Shown here: positions 20,642 to 33,879 of the stretch, piece by piece
Layout of the letters: each line of letters starts with the position of its first letter
Numbering within the stretch: position 1 is the stretch's first letter
Assembly: GCA_051294905.1 (NCBI GenBank)
Contig: CM119371.1
Coordinates: 11,844,001 to 11,908,000, forward strand
Length of the DNA stretch: 64,000 nt
Direction of reading: 5' to 3'
From: Botryllus schlosseri
Lineage: Eukaryota
Notes under the pieces: model-generated
What the model was told of the DNA's origin: nothing
What the model saw: only the letters and a program-made list of their open reading frames with translations
Databases searched by the model: none
Position numbers and translations under genes: made by a program

Positions 20642-22364
20642 CTCTTACTGCAGTTAGGATTTTGCGGCATGCTGAAGATATGGAAATCGCCAACACATAC
20701 TAAACTAAAAGACGCACACGATTTCGAATTGGTATTCTTTTACTGGGAAATAATTTTCCCTGCGGGATGGCATTTGTTCTGTGGGGCTCAGATCGTCAGG
20801 ACAGGAACATTAGGCGCCAGCCAGACTTTTGGCGTCTATGGACAATTAACACGGACATGTAGGCTATATCGAGGTTTTCGGTCGGCACAAGGGCAGTCCT
20901 TTTCGACCAAGGTCTTCTCATCTCTGCTGATCGTTCTGGCACACTTCTCGGAGTCGCATGTTACATGGCCTATAACTTCGTATGTCGTGGCGCAGTAATG
21001 GCCGACGCCGGATTTCTATAAATCATGCGTATTTTTGTCGGGGGGAAGGGTACCCAATAATCATGATATTTGTGTCATTATTAAATCACGAAAAATTTTG
21101 AAAAAGTTGCATAAATTTCCAGAAAAGATCTCTATAATTTGTGTTATTTCACGAAGTAACTTTTGGCCCCCTTCGAGCTCCCCCTCCTCGATTGGGGGTT
21201 TGGGCTGCGGCCGTTACGGTCCTGCTGATAATTATATAATATTATCGATGCACCATCATTAAACCAAGGCTACAGCTGACACGAAGATCAAATGCTTGAC
21301 TGTGGTCAATAGCAGTAATTGTGTTTTGAATGTTTGTGCCTACTCGTAGCCTACTTTACGAGATATAGAATCTGTCTGTCGACAAAGCAATAATTCGAAA
21401 TTTACTTACGGTACTTACAGTGAATAGCATTATAACCGGTTTCTGCTGCTTAGTCTACAGCAGAATAAGCTGTGGAGAAGGCAGCATTTATTGCGTAGTG
21501 AAAAAGGGCGCAGTGCAATCGACACTTGGGGTAAATAGTAGTGAAGCTACAAATCATAGATAAATGTTTCTGAATTATATTGCGAATATAGTTTTCGCTA
21601 CTAATGCGGCCCTATAATAATAAGCCCTTATTTCAACACCAATGGTACACTCTTATTAACTAATCTTATATTAACTATAATCTAATAAGGTAAACTGAGC
21701 AAGCGTAAAGAAGTTTTTCGTGGCAATTAAGAGAGAAGTCAAGGGTATCAAACGAAGCCTGAAGGGCGGGTGTTTCGCACATTGCAATATCTGCAATTGT
21801 GACATTAACCTGGAGGCCATAGGAAAGATCGCTATTTCAACCCACTATGATACCAAAAAACACAAGAAGAGCGTCATAACGATTAATTCGAGCCAGTCGA
21901 TGAATAACTTACACAAGTCGATCAGCACCAACGACCATAGACTAGAAGGCAGCTGCTACAGAGGGTACCTTGTCATTCCATACTGTCAAACACCAGCAGT
22001 CATTCCTCACCAACGATTGCACATGCACATCGCAATTGCTCAAAGCAATATCCCTCGATTACAACATCGCAAAGAACTTTGCTTCGGTCACGACCAAGAC
22101 TGCAAACAATGTTACTGGAGTTCTTGCTTCATACGCTCGAAAATGATTTTGTATGAACTTGGTGTACACTGCAGACATGGGTTATCGCGATTAGTAATCG
22201 TAATCGATTACGGCGATTACAGCATTTTCTAGTAATCGTAATTGCAATCGATTACATACGAAAAAATTCCGAAGTAATCGTAATCGACTACTTCTGATAT
22301 CGAAGCGATTTCTTCGTGAAAGAACGATTACGTTTTATTTGTCCAATGACTATGATATTAACTG

Positions 22365-22809
22365 TAGGCTTACCATATTTTGGAAATCAAAAAAGAGGAC
22401 ACTTTTTCAGAAATTTGCAACTTGCAAAACCGGAGCGAAATTCTCAAAAACCGGTTAATTTTTCCCACTTTGTGATCGGTTGACTAAAAAAAAGGTCATC
22501 TTTTCCGCTCAGAGCTCATAATAACGTTTTTTACTCCACATTGCCAGGTGGATGACTAAAAGAAAAAAAAAGGTCATCTTTTCGGCTCAGAGCCAAAATC
22601 ACCGTTTTTCACTCCGGAATACCCGTCGAAGCTTCACTTCTCTGCTAATATGCGCCATATCACTCGCAATTTGCTCTGTATCTGCCTAAATTTTCAAAAA
22701 AGAGGACAAAATCTCAAAAAAGAGGACAAAAGGGCGTCCTCCGAGGACACTTTCAAAAAAGTCAAAAAAGAGGACAAATCCTCTTAAAAGAGGACGTATG
22801 GTAAGCCTA
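22365..22809. mobile_element. Nested hAT MITE (AGAGGAC repeats)
   Basis: TAGGCTTACCATA / TATGGTAAGCCTA TIRs, perfect TSD attaactg. Confidence 0.92.
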
Positions 22810-23201
22810 ATTAACTGGATATTCGTGAACGAGGAAGAGATGCTATACCAGTTACCCAGTTACGTGATAGCACGAACGTCTGATTTTCAAATGTCATTGC
22901 TCATTATTACGTCAGAAGTAGCCTTTTAGCTTTGCTAGTCATTGCGTAAGAAGTATCCACTCCACAGTAATCGATATTCGATGTACGTGCATTAGTGTGA
23001 TTGTAAGAACACCCACCGTGCTGTTTATCAGCTTATCAACACGTTCAACACGCCATAGTAGGCTACCTCGCAGCAGGATAATTAATCACCACTTTGCCTA
23101 GTTTAAAATATAGTAACTTGTGTATTGATGTTTGGTTATGCTCAGTTAAACGCAGTTTGAACGTTGCTGATTGACGAGCAGTAGGCCTATATAGTACGTA
23201 C

Positions 23202-23719
23202 CAGGGATGAGCGGATAGTGCTTTTCGAGACACCAAATCCCTCCGACAACTTCAGTGTCTGAGGAAAACTCCCTCCGACTCTGAAGAGTTCAATCCCAGA
23301 CTCCGAGATACTACGATGAATCTCGTCAAGTATCCGAAACAGTGGCAAGCATGGTACACTTGGTAATGTGTTTTACTCAATTAATGTGATAATAGGGTTG
23401 GCCTCATAGTATTGTCTACTCTCCAGTCCCAAATTGCAGTGCAGATGGCTGATTTTTGTGCAATTGGCATTCATTTTTGCATGTTACCCGCCATATTACA
23501 ACTTTACAAGGTGTCAACTGTCTGTGTTTGGGTTTGTCATCATAATCAATAGTGTATTCTGGTCAGAGCTATCCAAAGATATCGGAGATAAAAGTTACAA
23601 TACTGGGAAAATTATCCGAAAATATATTAGTAGTAAACTCCGACTCCGCTCCGAGTGTCACAAAATCGGAAAAACTCCGCTCCGAATCCACTCCGACTCC
23701 CCTCCGATGCTCATCACTA
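23202..23719. mobile_element. Nested hAT MITE (ACTCCG repeats)
   Basis: CAGGGATGAGC / GCTCATCACTA termini, perfect TSD gtacgtac. Confidence 0.9.
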
Positions 23720-24379
23720 GTACGTACATACACCGGACAAAGATTTGAAATTTTGTACTCATCAAATAAAATGAAGCATTAATCATCAACAGCTGCTGAT
23801 ATATATATCATAACCGAGCCGTTTTGCCGTTTCTCGTAACGGCAACTTGCAGTAGGCCTACATTATCTGTATTATATTGAAGGCAGACTTTTATGTTCTC
23901 TTCATCTTATTTTGATATGACTTTCCTTGAAACGGGCGCCAATCGTTATTGCAGTATTCTTTACTCAACATTGAGACCTGCCGCCACAGTCATGGGCTTA
24001 TATGTTAGCGTGGGATATCGCTATAATCAGAACCAAAACAGCAATTCGTCCCCCAGTCCAAACGTTGGTCCTTGGCCTCCATAGGTGATATTTTCAAGTT
24101 GAACACTGAATATCGGCAATAACATTGGTAACTGCATTATATTACTATTAATTTTTAACCCTCTCTCTGCCCCCAATGGTCAGATTTACGTCTGGTATCT
24201 TGTTATAATTACTTTGTACGTTGTTAATTCATGGCCTCCGTTCTGTCATATAATCAAAATATATTGTTGTATCCCAAACGTAGCAGAAGAGCTTCTTGGA
24301 GGTACAGAAATTCAATATACAATTGAATAGTATATTCATATTGAAAAGAACCCGAATATTTTCGGCTGACACTCGTCAG

Positions 24380-25090
24380 GGGTAATCGTCAGCAACTAGT
24401 AGAGAATTGGAAAGAACATTGTATATCAACAATAGTATCACAAAATATGACGTCACCAGCATGAAAGAGAGAGCGTTCAATGTAGTATTTTTAGGTGGTA
24501 CACGAAATCCTTTTGTTGACAGAGTTTTGGTTGGTGTAGTGTGATAAAAGTCGACTCCGAGGCACACAAATGGAATTGTGAAAGGCCCCGCCCAACGATT
24601 CGAAATCGGTCGTCTCGATAATTATTCGCACAAATAGGATTATCGAACAGATGTTTGCCGATGGCAGAATTAATGGCCTTTGATCGGTCCGCATCAATCT
24701 TAAGCGGATTAGTTAACGGTGAGCTTTTCACTGAGCGTGATGCACGTGTTCTGATAAATCTAGTGACATGTTGGTTTCGGCGTTCCTGCAGACGTTTTGA
24801 CGTTCTTCCCACGTAGCCACAATCACTATGACACTTATATTCGTATACTACATTACTTTGTTGGAGTGCAGGGAGTACGTCTTTGCGTGTTGAAGGGATC
24901 AGTCGTGTTGTTATAAAAATCACACTGGTTTTGACTGTGTCGTAAAACTTACTGACCGCAGAGATCAATTGTTTTTCAAAGCGGGTGGAAATGGGGGTAA
25001 TCCAAGGTAGATGGATATAAACATCTTTTATTGTTCGTTCGGTGGGCTCTGTTTGTTTTTCTGCGTTGAATTGTGGTAATTTCCTCTAAA
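24380..25090 (-). mobile_element. 5'-truncated Penelope-like retroelement (GIY-YIG endonuclease remnant)
   Basis: ORF 24477-24968: NVVYEYKCHSDCGYVGRTSKRLQERRNQH...SAIGKHL...ESTFITLHQPKLC, the C-terminal GIY-YIG domain of PLEs; boundaries approximate. Confidence 0.85.
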
Positions 25091-26861
25091 GTAGCAGACT
25101 AAAAGAATAAACTTTCGGGAGAAGCACACACAAATTGTCATGTCTTTACTGCGCTGTGGGTGTCACGGAGTGGCATTTGTATTGTGGGCTCAGATTGGAA
25201 GGACCAGACGGCCACCCAGCGTGGCTACTGACAATGAGCACATACCCTAAGTTTCGGCCAAGGTCTTTCATTAGTAGCACACTTCGTGAAGTCGCGTATT
25301 GGTCGAAACTGCATATGTCTTCTTTGTGTGTCGTGGCACGGTATTGACTGGAACCTAAATGCCTATTACTATAAATTAGGGTTGCATTTAAAATAAATAT
25401 CAATTTAAAGCAAACATGTTTATAAGAAGGCCCTTGTTAAAAACATGTTTTTACTCTTTTTTTTAAGCAATGACGTTACGAATGTGGATTGACATGGACA
25501 ATGGAAAATATAGGGTAAATATAGCTCCTTTGAAGAAATATCTTTAATAACACTGTTGAACCGACTATTTTGAGGGGTTCCAACAATCCCACTATATACG
25601 AAATACGTTTGAGTCCCCTTAGAGCTCGCTCCCCACCCTACTGGGAAATTTGGGGTACGGCAGTCATGGATCTGGCACGTATGCAAATCGTTGGGTGCGA
25701 TAAATCGTCCACAAAAAATATGTGCAATATGTACTTTATGACGTAACAAGCAAATGACGCATCTTTCTAAACGAAGTTTGTTATCTCATTGGGCCTTTTC
25801 AGCGCAATCCATATATTGTCTTCCAATATAACTTCTAAGATGCAAAATGAATGTAATCGTGACTAATCGTTATTACTTTTCCAATGTAATCGTAATCGAC
25901 TACTTCCTGATGTTGCTGTAATCGTAATCGTAATCCCGTCATTCAGAAGTAATTGTAATCGCAATCGATTACATTCATGAAGTAATCACCCCATGTCTGG
26001 TACACTGCAGCCTTTTTCCATCTCAGTGGACGCCTCTAATCACAACGAGGTGAACGTATTTCGTCGAGTCATCAGATTCTTCGACCCAGAAGCCTCGTAT
26101 AAATACGAAACACGTACGTAATGCTAGTCTAATTTGCGACTGTTCTTATTTTTGGGTTCATGTCCATGGCAACCCTATAGGTCTCCGTGCATGCCTTGCG
26201 TCCGAGGAAGGTACCCGCCCATAGAAAGTAAATATGTAGAACAATACGTATCAGTTTAATAATAAATACATCGTTTAAAATATCACAATACTGCGATACA
26301 ATGAAAAGATAAAGAGGTCTTGAAGCGAATTGGAGTATTGCCGTTAAAATCATACACCAAGAGCATGCCTCGGCCAGTGCTTCGCAACCCTTTTCAGTGC
26401 GCGACTCAATTTAATGCAATGTTTCATTGTGCGACTCACCAATCACCATGAGATATGATTGAGAATGTAATTCGACGAACAATGAGTCGTGTGAGTAACG
26501 AGGTAAATTAGACGGCCCTTGGCCTTGATGTGATCACATGGAGAGTTGTTGAAACAGAGGATGTAGTAGGCCTACGTTCAAATGTAACATATGAAAACGC
26601 TAACTATTGTTTGCTCAAACAAGTACGGAACTATAATCCTCAATTACTTGGATTATCACATATAAACTGCGTTTGATGAAGCGGACAGGCCTATGCCTAA
26701 TTGGTACCGCTACGGAAACGATATATTTGCTATTCCTCTAAAATTAATTGATCTTTCTTGATAGCAACTGTTGCGGGTATTGGCGCATCTCTCTTTATCT
26801 CTGCAGCCCGCCGCTTCCCTGGCCCGGATATAATAAGGTGCGTTTGATACATCATATAAAT

Positions 26862-29008
26862 CTGTGGTTCTTAACCTTTTTTCCTCCATCGCCCCCTTTC
26901 AACAATTGCTTGGGTCTGGCGCCCCCTATTTTAAGGACTGTAGTATAACAAAAACAATGGGAAAGTGGTCGAAGTTCGGTAGGTCTTTTCGGGTTGGGAC
27001 TTTACCATTGGAAATATATCTCGCTTGAATCGAGCCTGAGGACCACTCGAGTAATTAACGATATCATACTTGTATTATGTGCTATATTCGTGATCAAATC
27101 AAGATTGTTATTAATAAGGACCATCGGGTAAGTAGGCCTGTCGGCTCATACCATCTGGTTCTAGCCCGATCTACACATCCCGATTTCACCTCTGCGATTG
27201 GTGACATACGCGGGCAGGTTGATTGTATTGGCGTTTGTTTTATTGCTTCGTGTTCCTAGTAAATTAACTGAGAATGTGACAGAGAGCTTTTCTCACATTG
27301 AATTTAGTACTCCATTCAGCTCTTAGCTTTAAGATGAATTTCAAACAAAGTAAGCCGTATTATATAACGTTATTCATGCGCGTTGTGGGTGACAAGACGA
27401 TAAATGATATGATACGGTGGAGAAATATTCTGGCGAATTGATTTTGTAGCTCTCAAATACAATTATATTTCGTTAATCATATTGGCCGGAAAGCTTCAAA
27501 TCATTTTTAATGTTCCAAGGGCATCACTGTCAAAAGTGGTACAACAGTACCTCTTCGATTTCGACACGATATGCGCTGCAGTATACAATTAGTATAGTTG
27601 GAAACATTTTGTGGGAAATAACCCGAGCTAGCTTGACGGGAGTGTTTTGACGGGGAATTGACTATCCAAAAGTACGTGCAATTCGTATTACATGAATTAT
27701 AGTAAACCACTGCATCCATGGAATCAGCGTACGTATGAATTTCGCGCCGAGCGCGACGAAAAATTTCGAAATTTGACTTGACTTTGATTTTGTCGAATGT
27801 TAATTTGTAATGAGAATTCAGGGATATATAGAACTATTGTTCTACTATATCAGTGGTCGGGAAGCTATGGCTCGCGAGCCATATATGGCTCTTTTGGGTA
27901 TAAGATATGGCTCTTTGCCAAATATTTATTTTTGTGCTGAATTGATCAATATTGCAGCGACTTGTTGGTAAATTTTCATCACGGCCAGAATAATTATTCT
28001 GTGACAGTATAAACATGTCTTTGAAAGGTAAAGACAATGCCGTCTTCAGGTTTAGGGGCCCGAGCCCCTCTTTTCAAAATCATCAAATTTAAGTTACTGT
28101 CACGTCGGCGGCCAATATCACTCGCGGGTTCTATCAGGGATTTATAAAACTTTAGAAATCCCTGGGGTTATATGTACCCGACTCGAAATCTTGCATTGTG
28201 CGATACCCTGATTAGTCAAAGAGCATCGCAGACATGGCGACGCCCATTTCAAAACGCAGTTTTCAAATACACATTGTCTTCCTGATCTACGGCGTGAAAT
28301 GAACTGTTGCGGATGTGACATTCAAAATTACAAAGTCGAATTACAAAAAACGTCACAGCTATCCACGTTCTTGATTGGTAAGAATAGCTCTGTGTAGTGC
28401 CGGCGGTAAAATGTATGCCTGTAGCGCGACGTTATGTTACCACCGAATACTTTGAGAATTGAGAAGTCGATCAGCATTTAGATTTTTGGAATCAGTGTGA
28501 CAGTCACATTCGATTATTATCAGTTATAATAATTTCAAAGCTACTTACGATGGATTGCGTTATCAATGGTGAGGCTTGCATGGCCTGTCTGTGCCTTACC
28601 TCGCGTTTCGAACTTTATTTCCGAACAATAAATACCTGTTTTTACAGCGAAAATATGGCGCAGACGAGCAATCCCATGTAGTGAGTTTGAATTAGTGCTA
28701 CCATGACGCCACGAATTTTCAATTTTGACGTAACAGTTGATTGGCATATATGGCTCTTTGGGAGTTGAGAGGGAAAAAAATACGGCAATTATGGCTCTTC
28801 GGACAAAAAGTTCCCGACCACTGTATTATATATAATCATATGTTTCTATTACACACTCTACTACGACGCCATTTTTCTTCAGCGCCTCCCTCTTCCATAC
28901 CGCTTCCCTGAGCCCAGCACCCCCCTATATCGCCCCTAGGCGTTTCCATCCCCTTTAAAATCCAAAGTGTCCCTTGGGGGGCGCTGGAGACAAGGTTAAG
29001 AACCACTG
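26862..29008. mobile_element. hAT element with a nested second hAT element (27851-28823)
   Basis: CTGTGGTTCTTAACC / GGTTAAGAACCACTG, perfect TSD atataaat; empty paralogous site near 5060; inner element TSD tactatat/tattatat. Confidence 0.92.
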
Positions 29009-29094
29009 ATATAAATGAATAGAACCATACTGTATAAGCGACGTCAAATAGAATCGATTCAGCCAACATAAATTGGTAGCTCATGTATCATAAC

Positions 29095-29512
29095 TAGAGC
29101 CCGACAGATATTGGAATTTTGGGCCGATACCGATAACCGATATCTAACACCTTCACCGATAACGCTGATATATTCAGCCGATATTAAAATAAGGTAGAAT
29201 CTGCCTCAAAAGGCGCATCTTCAAAACTGCAGAGCATTTATATATCAACAGCTTTACAGCCATTGCCATACTCCAACGTGAAATAAACTTGAAAGGCTGC
29301 ATCTGGACACTTTGAAACTGTAAGCTATATGAAATAAAGCAATATACCCAGTCTAGTAGTCACGGATTGTAGGTTTCTGACTTCCTACTACCATGTTGTA
29401 ACGTCACGAAAATTGCAGATATTTTTCACCTCCAATTGCCGATACGGATAATTCTTTCAAAGTGTGATAGCGATTCGATATTATCGGCGAACCGATAATT
29501 GGTCAAGCTCTA
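29095..29512. mobile_element. hAT MITE (CCGATA repeats)
   Basis: TAGAGC / GCTCTA termini, perfect TSD atcataac; empty paralogous site near 5135. Confidence 0.92.
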
Positions 29513-30140
29513 ATCATAACAAATATTACGCGATTGGAGCTTCTCTCTTTATCTTTGCCGCTTTCGTATCGTCAGGCGCTTGCCGGGCGGGCACTGATGT
29601 CTAATATTTAATTGCATACGTTGTAGGACTCTTATCAATTCATCCGCTCCGTTTCACAACCAGACTTGAATCCACAGGATGTCTATGTCTATTGTCTATT
29701 CATCAGAAAGCCAACTTTATCAAAGCCATGTATTTCTGTTATCTACGGGTAACGGAGTACTATACTATATAAATCACCTTATATATTACGCTACCTCGCA
29801 TTAAATCTTGCCATTCTTACACTTCGTGGAGAGTGATAGGGTATCGGCAATTAAGGGTAGGCTATTACTCGCATTAGTTCTCGTAATTCTTGGTTATAGC
29901 CTACTTCGTAAAGAGAGAAAGGGTATTATATTAGGACTTACTAGATTTGAATGTAGATATACAGAATAAGTGAACACATGTATTTAAGGCGTACGAATCC
30001 AACATTCAGTTATCAACCTATTGAGAACCTTATTTAAACATTTATTGCAAGAACGCGGATTCAAAAAGTATTATTCTGTTCATTTCAGTTATATGAAATA
30101 TATAATAGGCTATTATTCGCTCTGAAATAAAGAAAAGAAT

Positions 30141-30945
30141 ATGGACGCGCAGAAAGAAACTCAAGTCAGCCCGGCGATATTTTGGCAAAAGTAAGAATGT
30201 ATTTTGATTTTCGTAAATTACCTAAAAGGTACTGTTCTTTATCATCATCATGTTCCAAGCATCATCAATAGAATATGAGGGTTTCGAATAGTGCAATTGT
30301 TTTATAAGTACTATTTTATTGCAGCGGGCCGATGCGGTTTGAGAACAGCGACTCGGAGCGAGCCCTGGCTGAGCTGCTGAACAATTGGAGTCCGTTCGAA
30401 AAGTCAGTAACTACGACGAAGACTAAAACATCACGTCCAAAAAGTCGTGACCCGTACCTTGTGGCAATGAGAAAAAGAATCCAACAGGTACATATTTTCG
30501 TGTTCGACGCGTTAACATTGCCTCTGCTATAATTTTATAGATCGATATGTAACTATATACATTCAGTGAAATTTTACAGTTATTCACTTCACTGATTTAC
30601 TATACTTAGCGTACAGGACTGTTCCTTGTCATATTTTATGCTAACATATGTGGTTCACATTTGCTCATACTGACCCTTCCCGACGTACTTGTTCAATGTA
30701 TCGGTCGATACGGCCTTGATATGGCACATGATTCAAATTTACACAACCAGTATGCTTTGCTACGTGACGCTAATTCCGATGCATTCTTTCCTTTTTAGCG
30801 AAAAGGGGCAAAGTACAGCAAAGATATTTACTCACCCGACCGACCGGACGAGGCAGTGATCAAGCGGTTGGGCCAACGAAATACCAAATCTCGTTTCGAC
30901 GAAAAGCTAGGGGCGATACCGATTGACTTCAACGACGATGACTAG
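30141..30945 (+). CDS. Orphan protein, copy 2 (119 aa)
   Basis: Exons 30141-30190, 30325-30487, 30799-30945; same structure as copy 1; a GAG>TAG change removes the last three residues; AATAAA near 31057. Confidence 0.78.
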
Positions 30946-33683
30946 TCTTCTTGACATATGGAGATGATATATGATCCTTCAAAAGCCACTGGCATTACAT
31001 TACACTTTTTTGTGATGAACACTGTTTCCAATTTCATATTTTAAAGTATTTTATTGAATAAAGTGATGACGATGACGCGACTGCTGTGTAATTTATGATA
31101 TGCAAATTGCAAGAAATGCAAGACTGAAATAGGTAACTATATCAGGGCTGCTCAAACTATTTTTATTTGCAACCCCATTTCAGAAGATAACTTATTCCGT
31201 AGCTGACGTGAATTACAATAAACCAGTTCAGTCATAGAAACATCGTACGTGTATATTTCGCGCGGTTCGTGACGAAAAAAGTTGTGATTTGACATATTCT
31301 GTCGAATGTTAGTTTGCAATGAGAACTCATGGATATATAGAACTATATACTGAATAACCACGTGTCCTTACTACGCCAACTACTGCGAGGCCATTTTTCT
31401 TCAGCGCCACCATACCGCCCCCCATATCCCCCCTGAGCGTTTCCGCCCCCTTCAAAATCCAAATCGCCCCCAGGGAACGCTGGAGACAAGGTTATGAACC
31501 ACTGATGTAGCATATCCTGATTATTGAAGAAAAAAATTGTCGACCTGTGTTATTAATCCTGCCCCTCTCACGTCTCTCGTGTTGAGAATTATTTTGACGA
31601 CGACAAATCATCTATTTCAAGAGTGATGATAGAATTAGAATTCAATGACACGTCTTTGCTTCGCGGAATTTGCAAAGTCCTAAAGCTACGCCTATATATT
31701 GGTGAGTATAGAGCAGTGGTTCCCAAATCCCAACGTGGGCGATATCGCCCCCCAGTGGGCGATTTTGAGAAACAAGGGGGCTAAAATATCAAAAAGGGCG
31801 ACTGGGGGCGAAAATGTTAAAGAGTCAAGTTAGATAAATTCAATTAACACTGCCAAAAAATGCACGTGAAGACGGCTTATTCTGCATACGATGCGAAAAA
31901 GGTAAACTCAACGGAAAGTATAAGCGGAAACCGGTTTTCCGAGCATCTACCACCTCGGAAAAATGGCTTTTTTTAGTAAATTCACGCGCGATGAGAGTTA
32001 TGTGAATGGATTTCCCGATTATATGTCCTCTTTTTTGGATCCTTAAATATGGGAGCGGAAATTTGTGTCCAGATTGATAAGGGGACGACGAGTCGAAAAA
32101 ATGTTGGGAACCACTGGTATGGAGTCATATTGGCCTATAGTATATTAACTAAAGCCCGCTTTGCCATTTGTAATCACACCAAACAATAACTTGATATTGC
32201 TAATAAAAACCGAAGTCACATGGCCAAAACCTAAGAAGGTTTTTTGCCGACGTATGTCCGCTGGTGACGGATTGTTCGTGTCTCTAGAGGGAGCAGTTGC
32301 GACGACTGCATATGTCCAATTGTCCATTCTTATAGGTTAACATTGTATACCTCAGGAAGACGTTCGATTTGAAAAGTTTCTGAGATGAAGTCGAAAGATT
32401 TTGCATGATTTGATAACTAGCGCTCTCAGGAATCATGACAACGAAAAGAAGTTTTCTGGTTTGTCATTGCCTATCGCAGTCGCGACATTTGAAAAGGCGC
32501 AACAGGATGCTAAATATATTTACCATTGTTAGAGAATGGTGCGAGTGCGAATGGAAAACGTTACACGCAGGGGGTACGATTCAGACATAAACAACCATAG
32601 CAACGATAATTTGGGGGTAGATATGATATATAGAAATTTTTCAGGGAGCAGGAGGTAGGTTCTGCTTTCGTGTACCACGGGTGTATATTCACACCCGTAT
32701 ATCATAGGTGGTACGCGGGTTTGAAAACACACCGTTGTTGCTAAGACCACAGTACCTTTCACGGAACCCATTATGGACGTGTGGCGGCCTGCGTTGAAAA
32801 TAATTTTGTCACCGATATATTGTATTTTAGGACTACTTATTGGATTCGAATTCATCACCACGCCTTCGCTTCGCTAAATTTGGAAAGCGTCAGGTTTCCT
32901 AATGTGATTCGTAGGTAAAAATTAATTAGCAACAATATAAGTTATACAAGCCTATATAGGTGAGTATGGGGTAATAATGCCCAATAGTATTAGTAAGCAA
33001 AGTCTCCGCTGCCACTCATAATCACTTGTATATTGGCACAAGCATATGGCGTTGATACGGTAATAGCCCGTGACAAGGTAATTTAATCACGATAATGACT
33101 GTCCTCTAAAGTACAGAAAGAAACATTGCTACGGCATTAGTATTCTTAAAGCGAAAATGTGATATGTAGCCTATACCACTATAGCTTCTAAATATAGTTC
33201 TGATCGGCTCGTTTCGTACTGTTGATGGTAAATAGGCCTACTCAATGGCAGCGGAGGTGGATGCATCTCTAATGATCATGAAATGACACCATAGTGTGAT
33301 ACACGTTCAATTAACCGTGAGATTGAATGGTAACCAACATCAGAATGTCATAATATTCACGCGTGACGCGCCTATATGTATTGTATATATAAGGGGATCC
33401 AACAATTTTGATGTTTATAAGATGTTTTAAGACAAAGCTCTACGGAAGGTAGGTTAGGCCAGAACTAGTATTCTAGTGTAAGCGTTATCAAAATATGGCG
33501 AAATTAGCTATTTTCGGCTCATTCGGGGGAAATACACGATCACTAGATGGTGTACGAACCCAGAATTACAATATAATTTATTCATTTTCTATTTGGCACA
33601 TCAAGACCACTTTTTGAAATTGAAAGTTTGTAGTTTGTCGACTGCAATGGTCATTTACACCAGGCCGATGTAACGGACAGTAT

Positions 33684-33879
33684 CAATGTCACAATGGAAG
33701 CAATAACAAACTTGGAGATGTATGGTACTATAGTAACAGCACAATTTTAAAATAAACAATTACAAACTTGAATTTCATTTTCAAATTTTATTATCAAAAT
33801 TTCAAGTTTGTTTTCAAATTGCGCTGTTACTATAGTACCGTACATTCAAAGTTTGTTATTGTTTTCATTGTTACATTGC
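33684..33879. repeat. Short foldback / palindromic MITE-like element
   Basis: Arms CAATAACAAACTT...GGTACTATAGTAACAGC and GCTGTTACTATAGTACC...AAGTTTGTTATTG are imperfect reverse complements. Confidence 0.7.

Larger units (their letters stand above)
22172..25999. mobile_element. GTAATC-rich hAT MITE expanded by nested insertions
   Basis: CAGACATGGG / CCCATGTCTG TIRs, perfect TSD gtacactg (22164-22171, 26000-26007). Confidence 0.9.
21720..26092 (+). pseudogene. Degenerate hAT-like transposase split by a 3.8-kb nested insertion
   Basis: N-terminal zinc finger AHCNICNCDI...HYDTKKH, frameshifted ATEGTLSFHTVKHQQSF...KTAN...LYELG, resuming after 26007 as QPFSISVDASNHNEV...VIRFFD (first catalytic Asp region). 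Confidence 0.7.
26665..32692 (+). repeat. Segmental duplication block B
   Basis: Colinear with 4885-8818 once the insertions 26862-29008 and 29095-29512 are removed. Confidence 0.92.
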
